Below are positions 27,212 through 34,255 of a DNA stretch of 64,000 bases, piece after piece. The position numbers and the translations under genes were made by a program. The DNA lies in NCBI GenBank assembly GCA_041490445.1, contig JBGPTF010000001.1, forward strand, positions 58,442 to 122,441, given 5' to 3'. The DNA comes from Terriglobia bacterium. GTDB lineage: Bacteria > Acidobacteriota > Terriglobia > Acidiferrales > UBA7541. Every line of letters starts with the position of its first letter. Positions within the stretch are counted from its first letter, which is position 1. A model generated the notes under the pieces. The model made no database searches, had not been told where the DNA came from, and saw only the letters and a list, made by a program, of their open reading frames with translations.

Positions 27212-27589
27212 TCAGTCATTTGCAGCTTGTTCTTCCTGCGCAACTCCTTTTTCAAGTTCAGCCAGCCTCTTGTAGAGCCAGCCGAGGAGCGCCGCTTGCA
27301 GGCGCACGGGGTCATGTTCGAGGCTGACGACAGTATCGCCTTTGGAATTGAGTGGGATGTAGTGGCAGGGTTCTGAGTTGTTCCAGTGCTCGGGCGGAAC
27401 ATACTGGATCAGGAAACAATGGATGCACGGCTCCTTCTTTACCTCGAGACCGTAATTCAAACAGGTTATTGAATCGCGAAAAATTTGCGGCAGCTTGCGT
27501 GGCTCACGCACAGAGGGGTTATAGCCACCGCGCTCCACCATCGCGATTTCCAGTTTCAGTTTCTCGATCACTTCTTTCTTATCGAACAT
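27212..27589 (-). CDS. Hypothetical Cys-containing protein
   Basis: 125 aa from MFDKKEVIEKLKLEIAMVERGGYNP. Coding-like composition. No family recognised. Confidence 0.45.
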   Translation of the reverse strand: MFDKKEVIEKLKLEIAMVERGGYNPSVREPRKLPQIFRDSITCLNYGLEVKKEPCIHCFLIQYVPPEHWNNSEPCHYIPLNSKGDTVVSLEHDPVRLQAALLGWLYKRLAELEKGVAQEEQAAND

Positions 27590-27890
27590 CGCCGGACCTC
27601 CCTCCCCGGATAGGTGGCCGCGGGGCAACTGGGACACATCTATTCTATGGCAATAAACGCATTCTGAATGCCAATCTTTGGATTGCCGCGTAGCGGGCCA
27701 CTAGAGTACCAGCATACAGATTCTCAAGAAGATAGCTGGCTTATTTGGATGCAAACTGTCCTGGATGCCGTAGCCCACTGCGGCAAATGCCTCGTTTCAA
27801 AGCGGGTTTTGCCTCGCTAAAGCGAGATCTGCTCCGGTGCACTTCCAATCTAACTACTTACAATACTTATGCTTCGTAGCCGCCGCTCGG

Positions 27891-27905
27891 TGGCATTCGG
27901 CATGC
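27891..27905 (+). promoter_or_regulatory. Sigma-54 (-24/-12) promoter candidate
   Basis: TGGCATTCGGCATGC has GG and GC exactly 12 nt apart (consensus TGGCAC-N5-TTGC). It lies 55 nt upstream of ATG 27960, which has a GGGAGG ribosome-binding site. Confidence 0.4.
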
Positions 27906-27959
27906 CTACTCGTTACGAGAACGGAGTGAAAGCTTGGTTCGTCCAGTTGGGAGGTTCGC

Positions 27960-28175
27960 ATGGAAAGAACACTAAGATTTGTCCTTCTCTTGGTCGCCAG
28001 CTTTGTTCTTGCGGTGGCCGCCGCGAGCGTGGTGAATGGCAAACCCGAGTATACAAAGAAAGAAAAGACGCCCTGCACAACCTGCCATGTGAAAGCCGGT
28101 TCAAAAGATCTCAACGACGTTGGCAAGTGTTACGCGGAGAAACACACGCTGGATGGGTGTCGCACGCCGAAGTAA
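27960..28175 (+). CDS. Small secreted monohaem protein (single CXXCH)
   Basis: 71 aa with signal peptide MERTLRFVLLLVASFVLAVAAAS, a CTTCH motif and a strong RBS. Confidence 0.6.
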   Translation: MERTLRFVLLLVASFVLAVAAASVVNGKPEYTKKEKTPCTTCHVKAGSKDLNDVGKCYAEKHTLDGCRTPK

Positions 28176-28397
28176 GAGATAGCCCGCATCGCGCGCCTCA
28201 TGCCTAAGTCAGCTACAGAAGAGTTGCGCCACGAGCGCGACGGAATCCCACAGATGTACGGTATTGCCGAGGACGCCGCAAATGGTTTGTAAGATCGCTC
28301 ATGAGCAACGAATGCGGGCCCTCACGCCGAGGACTGGTTCGTTCAAGCATCAGACGTGAAGGCCCGCGCGGTAAGCTTCCAAGTTTCATTCGCGGGG

Positions 28398-28541
28398 TTA
28401 TGCCGCAACTCTCCTGTAGGATGCCCCTTTCTGACCCGGGCGGTTCGTCGCGCGTTTTTCCCCCTTGGCCTGTTGCTCGATCCTCTTTCCCCATTTTTTC
28501 GCGGAGTGACCCACAGGTTTCCACGTTGGTTTCGCTTTCAT
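28398..28541 (-). CDS. Small highly basic protein (47 aa), hypothetical
   Basis: ATG 28539-28541 is preceded by GAGGGAGGACCG (GGAGG 5 nt upstream). Sequence MKAKPTWKPVGHSAKKWGKRIEQQAKGEKRATNRPGQKGASYRRVAA. Lies downstream of hsp20 on the same strand. Confidence 0.35.
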   Translation of the reverse strand: MKAKPTWKPVGHSAKKWGKRIEQQAKGEKRATNRPGQKGASYRRVAA

Positions 28542-28634
28542 CGGTCCTCCCTCAAGACTGCGACAGGCATCGCCCGGCCCGTAATCCAATCGTGCGAGCC
28601 AGCAAGGGATTGATTGTCCCCGGTCGAGGCCAGG

Positions 28635-29159
28635 TCAGGCGGCTTTGGCCTGGATCCGGATCTTCCTGGCAGTCTCGGCTTTTGGCATCTCGAGTTCGAG
28701 CACGCCGTTCTTGAGAGTGGCAGTGACCTTCTCTGCATCCACTTCCGCAGGAAGGTCGAGGACACGGAAGATCCGGTCCGAACACAGCTCGAAGAAGATC
28801 TTCTTCCCCTCTTTCTTCTCTTCCCTGGTCTCCCTCTTCCCCGAGATCGTCAAACGATTCGCTTCCACGCTGATTTCCAGGTCCTGTTCTGTGAAGCCCG
28901 GCACCTCGGCACGAACCCTCAACTGCCCGCCGGCCTCGGTTACGTCCATGTGGACGGGGTGCAGGATTTCGGATTCTGCCCGCAGCCAGTCCTCGAGGTC
29001 GTGGCCGAGTTGCTGCCCATTGCTTTCAAAGATCTTGAACGCGCGGCAGGCGACCGCGTCGTAGACCTCGTTCATCCGGTTGAACAGCTCACCTACTGTC
29101 AAAAGCTTCAGTGGAACGGTCTTCTTTGCTATCTGCTCGGCAATCGCTTCTTGGATCAT
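28635..29159 (-). CDS. Hsp20/alpha-crystallin small heat-shock protein
   Basis: Alpha-crystallin domain: VHMDVTEAGGQLRVRAEVPGF.., RLTISGKRE, FRVLDLPAEVDAEKVTATLKNGVLELEMPK. Confidence 0.85.
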   Translation of the reverse strand: MIQEAIAEQIAKKTVPLKLLTVGELFNRMNEVYDAVACRAFKIFESNGQQLGHDLEDWLRAESEILHPVHMDVTEAGGQLRVRAEVPGFTEQDLEISVEANRLTISGKRETREEKKEGKKIFFELCSDRIFRVLDLPAEVDAEKVTATLKNGVLELEMPKAETARKIRIQAKAA

Positions 29160-29488
29160 CTTTTTGCTCCGTAAATCAATTCTCACTAGGATCGGAAGAT
29201 CCTCGTGCTAGGGTTTCTGTCGCATCAATCCCCCCATCACGGAATCGCCTTAGAATGCTCGCGCACGTGGAATTCCAATTCGACAACAACCGGACCGCGG
29301 AGCAGGCCATTGAAACTGGAGGTATTGCGCGAGCGGCTAGACTATTGAAGCATTCGACTCGGGCAAAACGCACACTAACCGCGCCAAAAACCTCACATAC
29401 TGATTTGGAGCCGATCCTCCGGACGGGACTGGATCTGGCATCTTCCAGGAAAGACAAAGCTTAGGGCTAGCCTCGAAGTTGCTGGGTT

Positions 29489-29503
29489 TGGCACAAAGTG
29501 TGC
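29489..29503 (+). promoter_or_regulatory. Sigma-54 (-24/-12) promoter candidate
   Basis: TGGCACAAAGTGTGC has a perfect TGGCAC -24 box and a GTGC -12 box at the canonical spacing. It sits inside the ORF-free stretch. Confidence 0.45.
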
Positions 29504-29514
29504 CGTACCAGAAT

Positions 29515-30110
29515 TGACCCATGAGTTCGATGGAGGTCGGGTGGCCGTGCGAACTGTCGAAGGGACACTGAACGGAATGAGGGCCCCGAACAAGGGTCGT
29601 AGTCCCGCAAGTGTTCTGCGCAACGGAGCTACCCCCGAGGCCGCTCGCGTGAGACCGACAGGAGCCACCCGACCCCTCCAAGTTAGGCAGTGGTCGAGCA
29701 CGGCATTCGTGAGAGACATCCGAACCTCTGGATGTACCGGCCTCACAGGCCGGAGCGACCGTGCCTCCGGCCGCTGCCTTTTGTTCACCGGCAGGCAGAT
29801 GGTCTCGACCGCAGCATCGAGATCGAGCGCCGTTGCTCAGGAGCCATCCCACGAACCGACCAAAGCAAAGCCCAGACCCCTGAAAGCAACGAAAGACAAC
29901 CACAGCGAACGTTCCCAAGAGCAGCCTGATAAACGGCGCTGCCTGCCGCTCACATCACTTGGAGGCACTTACAAGTTTGCGCTTCGCGAATTGGGCGTGC
30001 TAGAAGCAGCTCAAGAAACCAATTACGCGAATCGCAAGAAGGGCTCCCCGGGGCAATCAGACTGGAATCTAAGCTGGGCGCGGCGATCCAGAGACTGATA
30101 GCCCCGGGGA
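29515..30110 (+). ncRNA. Candidate structured non-coding RNA or long leader (unclassified)
   Basis: No protein-like frame on either strand. Bounded by the sigma-54-like promoter and a 64-nt GC-rich hairpin. Contains several strong local helices and one long-range helix (listed in findings). Confidence 0.25.
30046..30109. repeat. Long imperfect inverted repeat / hairpin
   Basis: CCCCGGGGCAATCAG (30046-30060) pairs with CTGATAGCCCCGGGG (30095-30109), 14 of 15 bp. An inner stem CTGGA(A)TC/GATCCAG follows. Confidence 0.8.
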
Positions 30111-30204
30111 CACCATCATCAGACTCCTTCCTGCTCATTGCTCCCGAAACTTTTCTCCGTATTGCCACCAGTTTGACTAGAATCGAATTGCACGAGGGGG
30201 ATGG

Positions 30205-31035
30205 GTGCCGGTGACGACAAATTCCGTCCAGAAAAAGGGATGGGTCCTCGAGTTGCCCGCCGAGCATGGCGCTTGGGGAATCCTGGTTGCTCCGCTTGTC
30301 AGTGCTGCGGGAGTTGCCGACAGATGGAATGGGCCACTGGCGCTGGCTGCCGTCTGCGTGCTCAGCCTGTTTCTACTTCGAGGATCGATAGAAACCCAGG
30401 GTGGCCTTCGCGCGCTGTTCCGCCCCGTTCACCTGACGCTGTTTTCGATCGCGGTGGTGAGCGGCGCGCTCCTGCTCCTCCGCTATCACCGGGCTGAGCT
30501 TTACCGCGTGGCGCTCCTCGCGGCTGCGCTTTACTTCGTACAAGTGTGGCTGGTGGAGCGACACAAAGAACACTCCGAGGAAAAGCGCAGCCTGGCGGCC
30601 GAATTGGTCGGCGTTGGGCTACTCACTCTCTCAGCGCCGGTCGGATGGATCGCGGCGCGCGGGCACCTCGCCCGGATCGGCTGTCAGATCTGGTTGTTGA
30701 ATCTCTTGTTTTTTCTGGGAGGCGTGCTGTATGTGAAATATCGTGTGCGCGGCATGCTGGCGCACCGATCCTTTCCAAAAAGGGGAAAGCGTGTGTGGTT
30801 CGCCTGGCCCGTATTCTTGTATCACTCTCTGCTTATCGTCATTCTTCTCGTACTCGTTCCCCTGCACATTGTCCTCACTGGCGCCGTGCTCGCCTTTCTT
30901 CCGGGAATTCTTCGCGCCTGGAGCCTGCTCTTCACCCTTGGGCGGCGTTTTTCGATCCGCCGATTGGGCTGGAGCGAAATCGTGCATTCGGCAGTATTCG
31001 CCTTCCTTCTCATCGCGGTCTATCGCTGGTTTTGA
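30205..31035 (+). CDS. YwiC-like polytopic membrane protein
   Basis: GTG start after GAGGGGGA. About 8 hydrophobic helices. The N-terminal LPAEHGAWGILVAPL resembles my recollection of the YwiC-like family. Confidence 0.5.
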   Translation: MPVTTNSVQKKGWVLELPAEHGAWGILVAPLVSAAGVADRWNGPLALAAVCVLSLFLLRGSIETQGGLRALFRPVHLTLFSIAVVSGALLLLRYHRAELYRVALLAAALYFVQVWLVERHKEHSEEKRSLAAELVGVGLLTLSAPVGWIAARGHLARIGCQIWLLNLLFFLGGVLYVKYRVRGMLAHRSFPKRGKRVWFAWPVFLYHSLLIVILLVLVPLHIVLTGAVLAFLPGILRAWSLLFTLGRRFSIRRLGWSEIVHSAVFAFLLIAVYRWF

Positions 31036-31063
31036 TTCCCCGAGGAACTCGAAAGTCTAAACA

Positions 31064-33031
31064 TCATCCTTCGAGCGCAGAGGATCGCCAGAATAACAAA
31101 CGCAGGCCATTGAGCACGACCAGGACGGTGCTTCCTTCATGGCCGATGACGGCCACCGGGAGTTCCAGATGAGCGGAAAGCGTCAGCGTTACGAGGGTAA
31201 GAATGGCGACGAGGCCGATGGTCAGATTCTGAAGCGTAATCCGGCGGGTTGCGCGCGCCAACCCGACGGCCCAGGGCAATCGGCTCAGATTGTCAGACAT
31301 CAGCACGACGTCGGATGCTTCGAGCGCCACATCGTTGCCCGCGCCACCCATGGCGACGCCTACGTCCGCGGCCGCCAGCACGGGAGCGTCGTTGAGGCCG
31401 TCACCGACCATCGCCAGGCGTCCATGGCGCCGCCGCAACTCTCTAATCAAGGCGACCTTGTCTTCAGGCAATAGCTGCGCGTGGAATTCATCGAGACCCA
31501 ACTCCTCGGAAATCGCGCGCGCGACGCGGGCATTGTCACCCGTGAGCATTTGGATATTCTTCAGGCCGAGCACGCGAAGCCTCTGCACGGCGACCTTGCT
31601 TTCTGGCCGTAGCGTGTCCGCGACCCCAAGAATGCCCAAAATGCCCTGGTTTCCAAGGATGATCGTTGTACAGCCCTGCTCTTCGAACCTCGCAAGCGCA
31701 GCCCGCGCGTCGCTCGAGATGATCGCCTTCGACCGTCTGGCAAGGCGTAGATTCCCTGCCCAATAAGATTCGTTTCCGATTTCGCCCTGAATCCCTTCGC
31801 CTGGAATTGCCTTCACGGCGCTCGCCTGAGTTGTGACTGCTCCCTTTTGTTCCGCAAATGCGACGATGGCCCGGGCGATGGGGTGCTCGGAGGGCCGCTC
31901 GAGCGCCGCGGCAAGCGAAAGAAGCTCCTGTTCATCGCAGCGCAACGCGGCAAGGTTTGTCAGCCGGGGCTTGCCCTGTGTAAGCGTGCCCGTCTTGTCG
32001 AGTGCCATCGCCTCCACGCGCGCGAGGGCTTCGATGGCAGCACCGCTCTTGAAAAGAACTCCGCCTCGCGCGCCTCGTGCCATGGCGGAGAGCACCGCCG
32101 CCGGCGTGCTAATCACGAGCGCGCAAGGGCTCGCAGCCACCAACAGGACTGTTGCGCGATGGAAGGCAGTGCCAAAGGAATGCCCGAGAGCCAGGAATGT
32201 CATCAATGCAAACGCGGCACCGACAAGTACCAATACGGTGTAGCGCTGCTTGATCCACTGCGTGAATTCTTCCGCGTGTGACTTTTCCGTCTGCGCGCGT
32301 TCAACGAGGTTGATCAGTCTCGCAAGGGTGGATTGCGAGTTGGGGCGCGTGACTTCCATGAGAAGCGCGCCGTTTCCATTCAGCGTGCAGGAAAACACGG
32401 AATTCCCTGGAGCCTTGTCTACCGGGAGGGACTCGCCTGTCAAAGCAGACTCATCGACCGCGCTTTCTCCCTCCACAATAATTCCGTCCGCAGGCAGCCG
32501 CTCTCCCGGGCCGACGCGGATGCGATCTCCAGGCGCAAGCTCCTCCACGGGGACCCACACTTCGAGATCGCCTCGGAGAACCAGGGCGCGTTCTGGCCGA
32601 AGCTTTTCGAGGGCGCGGATGGCCTGGCGCGTCCGGCCGAGCGCGTATTCCTCGAGCGTATTCGCCAGGCTGAAGAGAAAGAGCAGAACTGCGCCGTCAA
32701 CCGCCTTGCCGACTGCGATGGCACCGAGCGCGGCGATGAGCATGAGCAGGTCGATGTCGAGCCGGAACCGCTTCAACTCCTGCCAGGCTTTTTTCGAGGC
32801 AGACCATCCGCCCGCAATACACGCGAGCAAATAGGCGACGAAGCCAACGGCTTGGCCTCCGGAGAATCGACTGGCCAGGAAGCCGCCGATCAGGCAGAAG
32901 AACGTAATGCCAGTGAGGTAGGCCGAGAAGCGAATCCTGCGGTTCTCACTCCGCTGCGACTGGGTGAGCCGTTCCGACGTGGTCACCATCGGTTGTTCTC
33001 GAGGGGCAAATCCATTAACGCGGAGAGACAC
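31064..33031 (-). CDS. P1B-type heavy-metal ATPase, P1B-4 subgroup signature (Co/Fe/Zn-type efflux)
   Basis: DKTGTLT, TGES, MVGDGLNDAP, TM motif SPC (AASPCALVIS) and HEGSTVLVVLNGLRL. No N-terminal HMA/CxxC domain. Alternative start at 32989. Confidence 0.8.
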   Translation of the reverse strand: MSLRVNGFAPREQPMVTTSERLTQSQRSENRRIRFSAYLTGITFFCLIGGFLASRFSGGQAVGFVAYLLACIAGGWSASKKAWQELKRFRLDIDLLMLIAALGAIAVGKAVDGAVLLFLFSLANTLEEYALGRTRQAIRALEKLRPERALVLRGDLEVWVPVEELAPGDRIRVGPGERLPADGIIVEGESAVDESALTGESLPVDKAPGNSVFSCTLNGNGALLMEVTRPNSQSTLARLINLVERAQTEKSHAEEFTQWIKQRYTVLVLVGAAFALMTFLALGHSFGTAFHRATVLLVAASPCALVISTPAAVLSAMARGARGGVLFKSGAAIEALARVEAMALDKTGTLTQGKPRLTNLAALRCDEQELLSLAAALERPSEHPIARAIVAFAEQKGAVTTQASAVKAIPGEGIQGEIGNESYWAGNLRLARRSKAIISSDARAALARFEEQGCTTIILGNQGILGILGVADTLRPESKVAVQRLRVLGLKNIQMLTGDNARVARAISEELGLDEFHAQLLPEDKVALIRELRRRHGRLAMVGDGLNDAPVLAAADVGVAMGGAGNDVALEASDVVLMSDNLSRLPWAVGLARATRRITLQNLTIGLVAILTLVTLTLSAHLELPVAVIGHEGSTVLVVLNGLRLLFWRSSALEG

Positions 33032-33536
33032 AAGGCCGGGAGACTTCGGAGCTCATGGCAGTGTCGGGATCGTGCGGTCCTGCATTCAGGTCGAGCGTGA
33101 ACAGAGCGGGGTCGCTGCCGCGGACAAAGCCGAGCGAGACGGCAAGCCGAAGCATGGGGAGATTGTCCGGCTCGGTCATTCCCCACACACGGCGCAATCC
33201 CTTTTGCCGGGCTTCCGCAAGCAGCTCAGCCAGTAATCGCTTTCCCAAATGAATGCCGCGGAAATTCTGATAGACAAAAACGGCAAGCTCGGCCGAATCG
33301 CCATTGACGCAGAGGACAGCATGGCCGACAACCCGGTCTCCCGCTGTGGCCACGAAACTGGTGTCGTTGGCCAAACTCTCCAGCCACGGCCTCGAATCGC
33401 CGCGTGGGGGAAGTCCCAGTGGACCCCCTCGTGGTTCGAAAGATGCGTACATGGCAACAAGCGCGTCAATGTCTTCCGCGGTCGCGCGCCGCACCACCGT
33501 GCAAAGCTCTCCGACGGTGTCTGTCGCCGCACTCAT
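33015..33536 (-). CDS. GNAT family N-acetyltransferase
   Basis: Acetyl-CoA motif A region VFVYQNFRGIHLGKRLLAELLAEA. Confidence 0.7.
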   Translation of the reverse strand: MSAATDTVGELCTVVRRATAEDIDALVAMYASFEPRGGPLGLPPRGDSRPWLESLANDTSFVATAGDRVVGHAVLCVNGDSAELAVFVYQNFRGIHLGKRLLAELLAEARQKGLRRVWGMTEPDNLPMLRLAVSLGFVRGSDPALFTLDLNAGPHDPDTAMSSEVSRPCVSPR

Positions 33537-33991
33537 AGGAATCCTGCCAGTTCGCGCTCTTCCAGCGCAACATGACGGCTGATCTGCTGTGCCAGGTTCT
33601 TACCCATTTCTTTCACCTGCCAGATGGCATCGTACAGATCGTCGGATGATTCCAGCTCCTTCACTGCCAAAGAGAATGCCGACAGTTCCAGCCGAAGCGT
33701 TTCGTGCTCCTTGCGGAGCTCGTTCACAAGCTGGGCCAGCTCCGGGCTGATCTGCGCCACCGGCGAAAGAACTGTGTTCTCTTCGCGATCAAAGTGCTCA
33801 GGAAGGGCTGCAATCAATCGGCGGCTGAATACGCTGACCCTGTCAATGCCGGAGAGATCCGCAAGGACCTCCGAATTGCAATCCAGCGTATCGAGGGCTC
33901 GGATAAACGCCGCAAGATCCACGATCAAAGCCTGGTGCTCACCATGGATCTTCAAGGTGTCCGCGGAGAAGTTCGGCGAAAGTGTGCCCAT
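33533..33991 (-). CDS. Hemerythrin HHE cation-binding domain protein
   Basis: Four-helix pattern with H/E ligand pairs: IHGEH, EHFDREE, RKEHE and HVALEE. Confidence 0.6.
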   Translation of the reverse strand: MGTLSPNFSADTLKIHGEHQALIVDLAAFIRALDTLDCNSEVLADLSGIDRVSVFSRRLIAALPEHFDREENTVLSPVAQISPELAQLVNELRKEHETLRLELSAFSLAVKELESSDDLYDAIWQVKEMGKNLAQQISRHVALEERELAGFL

Positions 33992-34255
33992 GACTCACCT
34001 CGCAGAAGCAAAGTCAGCACTAAATATAGCACTCGCGTGGCCAACAGCAGACGCTTCCGCGGCTTCACTAATTCACTCTGTTGAAAAGACTTAGTGAGGC
34101 GCCCGCCCATCCACCCGCCTCGCTCCAGACCGCTTTCTGTGGGCGCTCGCGCAGATTCCTGCGCCATGTGGCGCAAACTGCAAAGATTGCAGCCTAATGG
34201 ACGTCACAATACATTGAAATCAAAAGGCTTAGATTCTTGCGTCCTGGCAGCTTGC

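Noticed and set aside
29405-29440. GAGCCGAUCC...GGAUCUGGC resembling group II intron domain V (AGC triad, 3'-strand bulge)
   Set aside because: The lower helix would be only 3 bp. The loop is not GNRA, the length does not fit 34 nt, and there is no reverse transcriptase ORF or 5' GUGYG boundary in a sensible position.
29337-30098. 193-aa (minus) and 194-aa (plus) ORFs in the hsp20/YwiC-like gap
   Set aside because: Both are R/S/T/G/P-rich with no hydrophobic core pattern, and third-position GC is lower than in neighbouring genes. I treat the region as non-coding.
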